DNA of 57,804 nucleotides from Paludibacter propionicigenes. Its GTDB lineage: Bacteria; Bacteroidota; Bacteroidia; Bacteroidales; JAFGXI01. The notes below the pieces were generated by a model, which saw only the letters and a program-made list of their open reading frames with translations, searched no databases and had not been told where the DNA came from. The stretch lies in assembly GCA_020721655.1 (NCBI GenBank), contig DYMG01000003.1, positions 1-57,804 on the forward strand, in the 5' to 3' direction. Positions 27,743 to 38,400 of the stretch are shown piece by piece; positions within the stretch are counted from its first letter, which is position 1; the number at the start of each line of letters is the position of its first letter. The position numbers and the translations under genes were made by a program.

Positions 27743-28582
27743 ATGGAAAACACAATATTAGTCCCTACCGATTTCTCAGACCAATCTTTAATAGCTTTGG
27801 AGCAATCGTATAACATTTCAAAATTATTTAATGCAAGCATTACATTAGTTAATGTAATTAGAACAAACGGTTCAATATGGAGTGTTTTTGGGAAAGAAGA
27901 AAAAGAAAACCTCGAAAAAAAGATATTAGCAAACTTACAACTAATTTCGAGCGAGATTGCCGAAAAAAAAGGAATTAAAGTTAATTGTAAGGTATTAAAA
28001 GGTAAAGTGGTAGATTCTATAATTGATTTGTCAAACGAAATAAAACCCGTTTTTTTAGTAGTGGGAACAACTGGCGACACTAATATAACACGCAAAATAA
28101 TAGGAACAAGGGCTTTGCGTTGGATACGTGAAACGTCTTGCCCTGTAATTACAATTAAAGGCAAAAACCATAGAGATGGTTGCGAAAATATTTTATTACC
28201 GTTAGATTTAACCAAGCAAACCAAGCAAAAAGTAGAATTAACAAAAAAAATTGCATCGTTATTTGGTTCAAAAATATTTGTTGTTTCTATAATTACAAAA
28301 AAAAGTGCAAACGAAATAGGAGAAGCAGAACTACAGCTTCTACAAGTTAAAAAAGATATAATTAAAGATAATATTTCTTGTGAAACGGAATTATTGCACT
28401 CAAGCAAAGAGCCTGAGCTAATGGCTTTAAAATTAATAGGTTACGCGCATAATATCGATGCCGATTTAATTGCAATAATGACGCAACAAGAAAAAGAATT
28501 TAAAGAATTTTTCATCGGTTCACAAGCTCAGCAAATTATATTTCAGTCAGATATTCCAATTCTTACAGTTAATCCGAAATAG
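27743..28582 (+). CDS. universal stress protein (tandem UspA domains)
   Basis: 279 aa. ILVPTDFSDQSLIALEQ with VVGTTGDTNITRKIIGTRALRWIRETSCPVITI, then a second domain with ILLPLDLTKQ...FIGSQAQQIIFQSDIPILTV. Confidence 0.85.
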   Translation: MENTILVPTDFSDQSLIALEQSYNISKLFNASITLVNVIRTNGSIWSVFGKEEKENLEKKILANLQLISSEIAEKKGIKVNCKVLKGKVVDSIIDLSNEIKPVFLVVGTTGDTNITRKIIGTRALRWIRETSCPVITIKGKNHRDGCENILLPLDLTKQTKQKVELTKKIASLFGSKIFVVSIITKKSANEIGEAELQLLQVKKDIIKDNISCETELLHSSKEPELMALKLIGYAHNIDADLIAIMTQQEKEFKEFFIGSQAQQIIFQSDIPILTVNPK

Positions 28583-28815
28583 GTTTTTAAACCCGAATTA
28601 AGCAATAGAAGATTTATAAAATCTAAGTCGAATAAGCATTTCTTAATGCTGATTTTGGGTTAATCGTAATTATTTGCCATTTGGCAACAAAAATGATTAA
28701 AATAATTGATTTTATTAAATTTGTTTTACTATTATTTATTATCTAATTAAATCTTTTTTTTGTTACTTTTTTAATACTTTTACGTCATAACTTCTTAAAA
28801 TTAAACTAATTTATC

Positions 28816-31578
28816 ATGAAATTACTTATTGTATCCTTACTAATAGCTTTTACGATTAATGTTAGTTTTTCGCAAAACCAATTTAAAAATAATAATTTTT
28901 ACGATTTACAAAAAGCATATTATAATTCTTCAAAAGATAATAATATAAAGGGATTTAAGCGTTTTAAACGTCTTGAATGGTTTTATGAACCTCGTGTTTA
29001 TCCAATAGGAAATTATCCTAATTCTGAATTAATTTGGAACGAATCGCAAAAATTAAATAACCTAAAAAGTACTAATACCATTGCAAATTGGACAAATATA
29101 TCGCCTTTAACATTACCATCGGCAGCAGATACAACAAATATTAATGGTCTTGGCAGAATAAATAGTATTACATTTCACCCAACCGATGAAAATACAATGT
29201 GGATTGGCTCATCGCAAGGTGGTGTTTGGAAAACTACCGATAATGGCAGTACTTGGGTTTGTTTAACCGACAATTTACCATTACTTAGAATTAGCGATGT
29301 TTGTGTTGACCCAAATAATATAAATGTTTTATATATTGCTACTGGCGATATAAACTATATTGGTTTTAATACTATTGCTTCAGGTCGTAATCCGCAATAT
29401 GGTATGGGAGTAATGAAATCGACTGATGGAGGTGCAACATGGAACACAACAGGATTATCATTTAATTTAACTGATGGCGAATCATCATTAATTAGAAAAA
29501 TTGTAGTAAACCCCGAAAACTCAAATGAAATTCTTGCTGCTGGTGTTGATGGAATATATGTATCGCAAGATGCAGGAGGTATTTGGTCGAAAAAAAGTGA
29601 TGCAATGGTTATTGATGTTGATGTTAACCCACTAAATAGTAACAGCATTTATTGTTCAACATATTATAATAATTATGTGCCATCAAGTGGTGCTTATGTG
29701 TTACGTTCATATAATTTTGGTGCAACTTGGGACACTTTAAATAGTACAATTACACCACAACAAAAGGTTCAGAGATTAGAAACAGCTATTGCCCCTTCAG
29801 ATACTAATATCATTTATACAATTACTTGTGGTATGGACGAAGGATTTTATGCTTTATACAAAACCGAAGATGCTGGGGAAAACTGGAATTGTATTGCTGC
29901 TTACGATACAACTGGACATACTGGAGCTTCTAAAGCCCCAAACCTTATGGGTTGGATGGACGGTGGTGTTTCTGGTTTTCTACCAGACGAAGGCGGACAG
30001 GGCACTTACGATTTAACTTTAGCTGTTGACCCAACAAACCCAAATTTTATTTATTCTGGCGGAGTAAATATGTGGGGGTCTGATGATGGTGGCTTAACTT
30101 GGGATTTAGTTAGTTTCTGGGTTAAAACATTTGGTTATAGTGTGCATGCCGACCAACACGTTGGCAAATACAACCCAATTTCGGGCAAATACTATCAAGC
30201 ACACGATGGTGGAATTGATGTAGCCGACACACTGATAATTGGAGATATTAACTATGTATTAAGTAATTGTATCGATTTTGCCGCATATTTAGCTGGCGAT
30301 TACGACCACGTTTTAGAAGCAGGCTGTTATGCTTTACCCACAAATTGGACAAATATTACAAGCGGATTACATATTACAGAATATTACCGCTTAGGTTTGT
30401 CAAAAACCAATCAAAACATGATTATTGGAGGAACTCAAGATAACGGAACATATTTATACAACAATGGAAATTGGATTTCTACTTTTGGTGGTGATGGAAT
30501 GGAAGCAATGATTGATAATACTACCGATGAAATTATGTACGCAACAAATTATTCGGGAACACTAAACAAAAGTACAGATGGGGGCTTAACTTATACAAGT
30601 AGTCTTGAAACACCAATAACCGATGCTGGTGAAAATGGTGCTTGGGTAACTCCTTATGTAATGCACCCCGATAGTAGCAATACAATTTATACAGGTTTTA
30701 ACTCTATTTGGAAAAGTACTGATGGCGGAATCTCTTGGACTAAAATAAGTAATAAATTTAGTGCTTCATTTACTATTAGAGCATTAGCCGTGTCTGAAAC
30801 TAATCCTGATACAGTTTTATATGCATCTAATTATAACAGAATTTATGCTACAAATAATGGAGGTGAAACAAACTGGACAGACATTAGTGCAGGATTACCA
30901 TTAAGCGAAGCTATGATATCCTATATTGCAATTAGTGCCAAAAACGATAGCACAGTTTGGGTAACTCTTTCGGGATATGTTGACGGTAAAAAAGTTTTTA
31001 GATCTGATGATATGGGTGCTACTTGGACAAATATTAGTGGTAATTTGCCTAATATTCCTGCAAATACAATTGTTTATGAAAAAACTACCAACAATTTTTC
31101 AAATGCACTATACATTGGTACCGACATTGGCGTTTTTTATACAAACGATTCTTTGCAAGCTACTGCTACTCCTTGGATTGAGTTTAATGATGGATTGCCA
31201 AATGTAATTGTTAACGAATTAGAAATTCAATACACTGCTGGTAAAATTCGTGCAGCAACTTATGGTCGTGGTTTCTGGGAAAGCAATTTATACTCCCATA
31301 ATTCTGATAATGTAGCAGAAATTGAGAAAAACAACTATTTAAAAATTTATCCTAACCCAAATAATGGTATATTCAGTATCTCTGCAAAATTAGATGCTCA
31401 GCAAGATGTAATAATTAATATTTTCTCTTTAAACGGAAATAAAGTTTATTCTGAAAAAGACAATATTTCGGGAAACTTTGTTAAAGACATAAATATTAGT
31501 ACATTATCTAAAGGCTCTTATATAATCCAAATTACTTTAAATAATACCAAATACTCTGGTCGTATTATAAAACAATAA
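28816..31578 (+). CDS. T9SS-sorted BNR/Asp-box repeat protein (sortilin/VPS10-like double propeller)
   Basis: 920 aa with a signal peptide and about 10 Asp-boxes (TTDNGSTW, STDGGATW, SDDGGLTW, STDGGISW, SDDMGATW and others). It ends in a type-A T9SS CTD (KIYPNPNNGIFSISAKL...GRIIKQ). Confidence 0.8.
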   Translation: MKLLIVSLLIAFTINVSFSQNQFKNNNFYDLQKAYYNSSKDNNIKGFKRFKRLEWFYEPRVYPIGNYPNSELIWNESQKLNNLKSTNTIANWTNISPLTLPSAADTTNINGLGRINSITFHPTDENTMWIGSSQGGVWKTTDNGSTWVCLTDNLPLLRISDVCVDPNNINVLYIATGDINYIGFNTIASGRNPQYGMGVMKSTDGGATWNTTGLSFNLTDGESSLIRKIVVNPENSNEILAAGVDGIYVSQDAGGIWSKKSDAMVIDVDVNPLNSNSIYCSTYYNNYVPSSGAYVLRSYNFGATWDTLNSTITPQQKVQRLETAIAPSDTNIIYTITCGMDEGFYALYKTEDAGENWNCIAAYDTTGHTGASKAPNLMGWMDGGVSGFLPDEGGQGTYDLTLAVDPTNPNFIYSGGVNMWGSDDGGLTWDLVSFWVKTFGYSVHADQHVGKYNPISGKYYQAHDGGIDVADTLIIGDINYVLSNCIDFAAYLAGDYDHVLEAGCYALPTNWTNITSGLHITEYYRLGLSKTNQNMIIGGTQDNGTYLYNNGNWISTFGGDGMEAMIDNTTDEIMYATNYSGTLNKSTDGGLTYTSSLETPITDAGENGAWVTPYVMHPDSSNTIYTGFNSIWKSTDGGISWTKISNKFSASFTIRALAVSETNPDTVLYASNYNRIYATNNGGETNWTDISAGLPLSEAMISYIAISAKNDSTVWVTLSGYVDGKKVFRSDDMGATWTNISGNLPNIPANTIVYEKTTNNFSNALYIGTDIGVFYTNDSLQATATPWIEFNDGLPNVIVNELEIQYTAGKIRAATYGRGFWESNLYSHNSDNVAEIEKNNYLKIYPNPNNGIFSISAKLDAQQDVIINIFSLNGNKVYSEKDNISGNFVKDINISTLSKGSYIIQITLNNTKYSGRIIKQ

Positions 31579-31588
31579 TTTATATTGG

Positions 31589-31630
31589 GTTGTTCTAAAT
31601 GTTTTTCAGATATTTAGAACAACGTTTTTT
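31589..31630 (+). terminator. intrinsic terminator after the BNR-repeat gene
   Basis: GTTGTTCTAAAT (31589-31600) pairs with ATTTAGAACAAC (31612-31623), followed by GTTTTTT. Confidence 0.75.
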
Positions 31631-31644
31631 ATATTATAAATACT

Positions 31645-32055
31645 ATGAAAATATTAATTATTGCTTTTTTGTTTTTTTGTTTTACAAACCCTGTAAGTGT
31701 TCTAAAATCTACTAAACAAGAATGGAAAGGTGGACAAGGAAAATCTGAAGGTGTAAATTATAAAATACAAGTTATTGTTAAAAAATCATCTGCCAATATT
31801 AATTTTAAATCAGTAACTATTAATAATAAAGAATGTAAATTCAACCTATTCAAAAATAATAATCTACTAAAAAAAGACTATGTTTTTGTTGGAAATGATA
31901 CTTTAACAATATCAACAGGCATTACTTACAAGGTAGAAGAAAATAAAATAAAAGTTAGTTCTGATGAAGTTAAAATAAACTATACTTATAAAAATAAACA
32001 GAAAATTTTGGAAGTTAATAAATTTGAAAAACTTACAACATTAATGTATCCTTAA
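31645..32055 (+). CDS. hypothetical secreted protein
   Basis: 136-aa ORF with an N-terminal hydrophobic signal-like segment (ILIIAFLFFCFTNPVSVL). I recognise no family. Confidence 0.5.
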   Translation: MKILIIAFLFFCFTNPVSVLKSTKQEWKGGQGKSEGVNYKIQVIVKKSSANINFKSVTINNKECKFNLFKNNNLLKKDYVFVGNDTLTISTGITYKVEENKIKVSSDEVKINYTYKNKQKILEVNKFEKLTTLMYP

Positions 32056-32057
32056 AC

Positions 32058-32065
32058 TATATTTG
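32058..32065 (+). promoter_or_regulatory. -7 promoter box TATATTTG for tex
   Basis: Perfect TAnnTTTG match 54 nt upstream of the ATG at 32120. Confidence 0.4.
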
Positions 32066-32119
32066 TAAAGTAGTCTTTTAAGCCTTTTTTATACATAACT
32101 CAATCAATAATAAACAAAT

Positions 32120-34246
32120 ATGGAAAAATACATATCGAAAATAGCAATAAGTTTAAATTTAAAAGAAACAAGCGTTAGAAACACAATAAATTTACTTAAT
32201 GATGGTGCAACAATACCATTTATTTCCAGATATAGAAAAGAGTTAACAGGAAATTTAGACGAAGTTCAAATTGCAGATATACAGAAAGAATATAATACAT
32301 TAATAGAATTCGATAAAAGGAAAGAAGCAATTTTAAAATCGATTGAGGAGCAAGGAAAACTAACTGAAGAGTTAAAAACTAAAATCGAAAATGCCGAAAA
32401 TATCGATATTTTAGAAGATATTTATTTGCCATACAAGCAAAAACGAAAAACAAAAGCAACGGTTGCAAAAGAAAAAGGATTAGAACCTCTTGCAAATATT
32501 ATTATGAAACAAGATGAGCCGAATCCATATTTTAAAGCCGAAAAATTTGTAAATAAAGATGTTGCCGATGCAGATGAGGCAATTTCTGGAGCATTAGATA
32601 TTATTGCCGAAAGAATTAACGAGAACGAAATTACACGTAAAAATACAAGATATTTATTTGAACGAGAGGCTGTTATTAGCTCTACTGTGGTTGCTAAAAA
32701 AATTGAAGAAGCCGATAAATACAAAGACTATTTCGATTGGCAGGAAAGCTTAAAGAAAATGCCATCTCATCGGTTTTTAGCTATAAATAGAGCTTTTTCT
32801 GAAGGATTTTTAAAAGTTAAAGTTACTGTTGATGAGGAAAAAGCCCTCGAAAAAATTGAACGGATTTTTGTTAAATCTAACAACGAATGCTCAGTTTTAA
32901 TGAGTAAAGCAATAAAAGACTCATATAAAAGATTAATACAACCATCTTTAGAAAACGAATTTTTGAGCAAAACAAAAGAAGAAGCCGATAAAGATGCTAT
33001 AAAAGTATTTGCCGAAAATTTACGACAACTATTACTTTTGCCACCTTTAGGACAAAAACGTGTTTTAGCAATAGACCCAGGTTTTAGAACTGGTTGTAAA
33101 ATAGTTTGCCTAAACGAACAGGGCGATTTACTATCAAATGCAACTATTTACCCTCACGCTCCACAAAATGAGCATAACTTGGCAAAGAAAAAATTATCAC
33201 TTTTAGTAAGTCAATATAAAATTGAAGCAATTGCAATAGGAAACGGAACCGCAAGTCGTGAAACCGAAAATCTTGTTAAAAACACTCAATTCGACCGCGA
33301 AATTCGTGTTTATGTTGTAAACGAGGCAGGGGCATCAATTTATTCGGCATCAAAAGTTGGTAGAGATGAATTTCCAGAATTCGATGTTACCGTTAGAGGC
33401 ACAGTATCTATTGGGCGTAGATTGGTTGACCCACTTTCTGAACTCGTTAAAATTGAACCAAAAGCAATAGGAGTGGGGCAATATCAACACGATGTTAATC
33501 AAAAATTATTGCAAGAAAACCTCGATTTGGTAGTAGAAAGTTGTGTAAATAAAGTAGGTGTCGATATTAACACTGCATCTAAATATTTACTAAAGTATGT
33601 TGCTGGTATTGGCGAAAAATTGGCAAATTCTATTGTTGAATACAGAACCGAAAATGGAGCGTTTAAAAACAGAACCGAAATAAAGAAAGTTAAAGGAATG
33701 GGAAGCAAAGCTTTTGAACAATGTGCCGGCTTCTTGAGAATTAAAAACGGCGATAATCCTCTCGATAATTCTGCAGTTCACCCCGAAAGCTATAATGTAG
33801 TAAATAAAATAGCTAAAGATTTATCAGTTAAAATAACCGAAATTATTGGTAATAAGGAAATTATAGATAAGTTAGATTTGCAAAAATACGCAACAGTCGA
33901 AATAGGTTTAGTTAGTTTGCAAGATATTAAAGATGAACTTATGAAACCCGGATTAGACCCTCGAAAAGCTATTCGTGTTCACGAATTTGCAAATATTAAA
34001 ACCATCGACGATATTAAAGTTGGAGATGTATTACCCGGAATTATAAATAATATTACAAATTTTGGGGCTTTTACCGATATAGGTATTAAACAAAATGGAC
34101 TAATCCATATTTCAAATATGGCAGACGAATTTATCACAGACCCTTATAAAATTATACGATTACATCAACAAGTAATGGTAGAAATTTTAGAAATAGATAA
34201 GTCGAGAAACAGAATTCAACTTAAATTGAAAGAAAAATTAAATTAA
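32120..34246 (+). CDS. tex: Tex family transcription accessory protein (S1 RNA-binding domain)
   Basis: 708 aa with IPFISRYRKELTG, a YqgF-like segment (VLAIDPGFRTGCKI), HhH motifs and a C-terminal S1 domain (GDVLPGIINNITNFGAFTDIGIKQNGLIHIS). Confidence 0.95.
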   Translation: MEKYISKIAISLNLKETSVRNTINLLNDGATIPFISRYRKELTGNLDEVQIADIQKEYNTLIEFDKRKEAILKSIEEQGKLTEELKTKIENAENIDILEDIYLPYKQKRKTKATVAKEKGLEPLANIIMKQDEPNPYFKAEKFVNKDVADADEAISGALDIIAERINENEITRKNTRYLFEREAVISSTVVAKKIEEADKYKDYFDWQESLKKMPSHRFLAINRAFSEGFLKVKVTVDEEKALEKIERIFVKSNNECSVLMSKAIKDSYKRLIQPSLENEFLSKTKEEADKDAIKVFAENLRQLLLLPPLGQKRVLAIDPGFRTGCKIVCLNEQGDLLSNATIYPHAPQNEHNLAKKKLSLLVSQYKIEAIAIGNGTASRETENLVKNTQFDREIRVYVVNEAGASIYSASKVGRDEFPEFDVTVRGTVSIGRRLVDPLSELVKIEPKAIGVGQYQHDVNQKLLQENLDLVVESCVNKVGVDINTASKYLLKYVAGIGEKLANSIVEYRTENGAFKNRTEIKKVKGMGSKAFEQCAGFLRIKNGDNPLDNSAVHPESYNVVNKIAKDLSVKITEIIGNKEIIDKLDLQKYATVEIGLVSLQDIKDELMKPGLDPRKAIRVHEFANIKTIDDIKVGDVLPGIINNITNFGAFTDIGIKQNGLIHISNMADEFITDPYKIIRLHQQVMVEILEIDKSRNRIQLKLKEKLN

Positions 34247-34255
34247 AATTGTAAC

Positions 34256-34669
34256 ATGAAAATATTAATGATTTATTCCGACAAATTTGCATACACTCCA
34301 AAAATTAAAAATTTGGAAGAATATGAAACTGTAAACGAAGGAAACCAATACACCGATTGCTTAGTAGCATTTATACACGCCGAAGAACAAGATGAAAAAG
34401 AAGAGTTTAACGCTTTTGAAAAAAAAATGGTGAAAAATTTAAAATGGGCGGCAGGAAAAAACAATACAAATCGAATTATTTTGCATTCTTTTGCTCATTT
34501 ATCAGATAGCAAAGCATCGCCAGAATTTACAAAAAACATTTTCGATAAAGCCCAAGAACGATTAGAAAACGCTAATTACCAAGTTTTTCAAACACCTTTC
34601 GGATATTTCTTAGACCTAAATTTAAATGCTCCGGGTTATTCATTAGCAAGAATATTTAAATCGTTGTAA
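34256..34669 (+). CDS. stand-alone archaeal-type threonyl-tRNA synthetase editing domain (tRNA-Thr_ED, DTD-like fold) protein
   Basis: 137 aa. MKILMIYSDKFAYTP, CLVAFIHAEEQDE, ILHSFAHLSDSKASPE and TPFGYFLDLNLNAPGYSLARIF line up with my recollection of the Pyrococcus ThrRS editing domain (MRVLLIHSDYIEYE, VLVAFISVEK, PFAHLSSELAKP, APFGYYKAF...GHPLAEL). Confidence 0.75.
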   Translation: MKILMIYSDKFAYTPKIKNLEEYETVNEGNQYTDCLVAFIHAEEQDEKEEFNAFEKKMVKNLKWAAGKNNTNRIILHSFAHLSDSKASPEFTKNIFDKAQERLENANYQVFQTPFGYFLDLNLNAPGYSLARIFKSL

Positions 34670-35325
34670 ATTAATAATTTGGCAAGCGTAATATCGTAAG
34701 GCGTAGTAATTTTAAAATTCTCTAAATTACCTGCAACTAAATTTATTTTATAACCCATACTTTCAACCAAACTTGCATCGTCTGTATAATCAGAATTATG
34801 TGTTAAATTGTATGCACTTAAAATAATGTCAGACCTAAAAACCTGAGGTGTTTGAATTAAAATAAAATCGTTTCTGTTTACCCAAATATTTTGGTCTTTA
34901 TCAATTTTACGTACGCTTTCATTAATTTTTATAAAAGGAACTGCATTCCCTAATTTTTTTGCATCAAGAAAACACTTTTTTATAACTTTAGAACTAATAA
35001 ATGGGCGAACTGCATCGTGAATTGCTACTAAACAATTATTGGGAATAGTGCTAATAGCATTTTTAATAGAATCAAATCGGGTTTCGCCTCCTTCAACTAT
35101 TTTATGATTAATAGTAAAATTGTATTTTTTTATTAACTCCTGCCAATATTTGAAATACTTTTGATTTAAAGTTACAATTATTTCAATATTAGGATTGTAG
35201 TCATAAAACTTTTCAATTGTGTAAAAAATAATAGGCTTGTTTTTTATAATTATAAATTGTTTTGGTATTTTGCTTTTAGACCGTGTTCCTGAACCACTGG
35301 CAGTTATGATAACTACTTTTTTCAT
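34636..35325 (-). CDS. ispD: 2-C-methyl-D-erythritol 4-phosphate cytidylyltransferase
   Basis: VVIITASGSGTRSKSKIPKQF, AIHDAVRPF and IQTPQVF are IspD motifs. Start set to the internal ATG at 35325 (MKKVVIITASG), because the track's 12-aa N-terminal extension looks spurious. Confidence 0.9.
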   Translation of the reverse strand: MKKVVIITASGSGTRSKSKIPKQFIIIKNKPIIFYTIEKFYDYNPNIEIIVTLNQKYFKYWQELIKKYNFTINHKIVEGGETRFDSIKNAISTIPNNCLVAIHDAVRPFISSKVIKKCFLDAKKLGNAVPFIKINESVRKIDKDQNIWVNRNDFILIQTPQVFRSDIILSAYNLTHNSDYTDDASLVESMGYKINLVAGNLENFKITTPYDITLAKLLIYNDLNILANE

Positions 35326-35392
35326 AATACAAAAAAATAAGAAAAAAATTAAAGCAACCAAGTTAAATGTTTTTTAGTCATAAAAAAAGTAT

Positions 35393-35400
35393 TAAATTTG
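35393..35400 (+). promoter_or_regulatory. -7 promoter box TAAATTTG for the T9SS protease gene
   Basis: Perfect TAnnTTTG match 22 nt upstream of the ATG at 35423. Confidence 0.4.
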
Positions 35401-35422
35401 AAATAAATTAAAATAAAAAAAT

Positions 35423-38400
35423 ATGAGAAAATTTTTATTCTTGCTACTATTTGCATTTACGTTTTTTAATGCACATTCTCAGCTTAGTGAAGGCGGAATT
35501 CCGGTTAGTTTTGGCAAAAACATAGCACAACAAAACATAAACGAATTATATGTTCAACCGCTTGATTTAACACAAGTTTATACCGAAGACCAAAAACGCC
35601 AAAAACAAGGTGAATTGGAATTAATTGGTCGCCCAATTTCCGTTAATGCAAATCCAACAAATAATGGAACTTGGATTGGATTAGAAGATGGAAGCAAAAT
35701 TTGGCAATTAAAAATTACCTCACCGGGTGCCGAAGGCTTAATTATAAGCTATAGTAAATTAGAAATACCTTATGGTGCAAAAATGTTTTTGTATTCTCCT
35801 GATAAAAAATTTGTTATAGGTGCTTTTACATATAAAAATAACAAAGATGGAAACACAAGCACATCAATAACACCCGGCGATGAAGTTATTATAGAATATT
35901 ATCAACCAAAAGGTGTTTATGCAAATCCTGTAATTGACATTAATTCAGTAGGATATATTTATAAAAACTCTGGTTTTAACAAAAATACAAAAGATTTTGG
36001 AGACTCAGAATCTTGCGAAGTAAATGTAAATTGTTCTCCAGAAGGCGATAATTGGCAAACACAAAAAAGAGGTGTTGTAAGAATTCTACTTCTTTCCGGA
36101 GGCGGTTGGGGCTGGTGTTCTGGCTCATTAATTAACACAACAAATAACAATTGTACTCCATATATATTAACAGCAGACCATTGCGGACACGATGCAAGTG
36201 CAAGCGAATTACCTCAATGGATTTTTTATTTTAACTACGAATCTCCAAACTGTACAAATCCTGCAAGCGAAGGAACATTAGACAACCAATCATTAACAGG
36301 TTGCTCATTAATAGCAAATGGTGGAAACACTGGCGACGAAGGTTCCGATTTCTTTTTAGTTGAAACAGCAGATGCAGTTCCAAGTACTTACGACCCATAT
36401 TGGAACGGATGGGATAGAAGCAATACAGGTAGCCCATCAGGAGTTGGAATTCACCACCCAGCAGGCGACATTAAAAAAATATCTACATACTCATCAACAC
36501 TAATAACATCTGGTTGGAATGGAAGTTCTTATAATAGCCATTGGAAGGTAACTTGGGTTGCCACAGCAAATGACCATGGTGTTACAGAAGGAGGCTCATC
36601 TGGTTCGCCTATTTTTAATGCCGATGGACGAATTGTGGGCGATTTAACAGGAGGTGGCTCTTATTGTACGGCACAAGATCAACCCGATTATTATGGAAAA
36701 ATGTGGTTTTCTTGGGATCAAAATGCAGCGAGCACATCAACTTCCGGAAACCCTCAATTAAAACCATTTTTAGATCCTTTAGGAACAGCCCCAATGTTTA
36801 TTGATGGAAGAAACGCTTGTACAACAATAACATCTGATTTTAGTGCTGATAAAACAATAGCATATAAAAACGAAGTAATTGTTTTTACTGAAAATGTAAC
36901 AATTGCTGCAGATCCAATAACAACTTGGGCTTGGGATTTTGGTGGAGTACAAGCAACACCAGCAACAAATAATACCGCAGGACCTGTTAACGTTTCATAT
37001 AATACAGTAGGACCTTATACTTGCTCACTTAACGTTAGCGACGGAACTCTTACCGACGATGAGGTTAAAACTAACTACATAACTATAGTTGATAGTTTAA
37101 CAGCAGAAATAAATACTGCAACTTGGAATGTTGTAACAGGAGCAAGCATAGACTTTACCGATGCTTCATTTGGCGGAAAAGGAACAATAAACTCTTGGAA
37201 TTGGACATTTAATGGAGCAACTCCTGCAACATCAACAACACAAAACCCTACAGGAATAGTTTGGTCAACATCAGGTACTTACGATGTGGAATTATGCGTT
37301 GGAACAGATTTTCCTGAAAATGATTGCGTTACTTATCAAATAATTGTTTCAAATCCTACAGATTTACAATTCGATTTTACAGGTACTCCAACAACAGTAA
37401 TGGTTGGACAGGGTGTTGATTTTACAAGCACAGTAATTGCAAACGGACCAATAAATACATGGAATTGGTCTTTTGAAAGTGCTGATACACCAACATCAAC
37501 AAGTGCAACTCCAACAGGAATTACTTGGTCGGTAGCTGGCGATTATACTGTTAGCTTAGAAGCAACCGGACCTACTAACACATCTACAGTAACTAAAGTT
37601 GATTATATTCATGTTATTGATTCTTCGTCGGTTCCTGAAGCCGACTTTCAAGCAAACCAAACAACAATAGCTCCCGGAGATATTATTGATTACACAAACT
37701 TATCAACAAATCCTTCAATAATAGACTCGTCTTTATGGATTTTAGAAAATGCTGATGCACCAAATAATAATATTACTGTAATGCTTGCAGGTAATTTGTT
37801 AGGGGTTGCATACAACACATTACCAGGATATTACGATGCAACTTTAATTATTTACTCATCTTTTGGAACAGATACAATGTATAAAGATGACTATATTTAT
37901 GTTATAGACCCAAATAACTTATCTGAAGTTCACGCTAATTTTAAAGCAACAACCACAAGGCTAATACAACAGGGTTGGACTGTAGATTTTACAGACCTTT
38001 CAACTGGACCTGTAACCGATTGGTATTGGGAATTTGAAGGCGGAACACCCTCAACATTTACTGGACAATATCCCCCATCAATAACATATAACTCTACAGC
38101 CGGACCATTTGATGTGAAGTTAACTGTAAGCAATCCAAGTTTCTCAGATTCTGAATTAAAAACTGAGTATATAGTTGTAATAACCACTTGGCCTTGGCCA
38201 GACGAAGAAGGTTTCTGTGAAGATGATTTAAGTAATGCATTACCAAACGAATTTGCACAATCGGCTCGTCATTTAATTAATAATGCAGGCGAGTGGGGTT
38301 ATTTCCCTGGTCATAATTATTTGAAAGTGAAGTATTATGCCGAAAAATTTACTAATTACACTTTCGATAAAATTCGTGAAATACACATGGCACCATCAAG

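Noticed and set aside
28211-28228. Tandem 9-nt duplication ACCAAGCAA x2 (TKQTKQ) in the usp gene
   Set aside because: Only two in-frame copies are present. This is most simply a fixed slippage duplication in a linker and gives no evidence of a variable repeat.
27736-28407. 223-aa ORF antisense to the universal stress protein gene
   Set aside because: It lies entirely within the well-supported usp gene on the opposite strand. Its translation is S/F/I/L/C-rich and low-complexity, as expected for the antisense frame of a K/E-rich AT-rich gene. It has no recognisable motifs.
28674-28687. Palindrome TTGCCA-TT-TGGCAA upstream of the BNR-repeat T9SS gene as a possible operator
   Set aside because: It is a single occurrence 130 nt upstream of the start, with no matching half-sites elsewhere in the window and no adjacent regulator gene. 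The evidence is insufficient to call a site.
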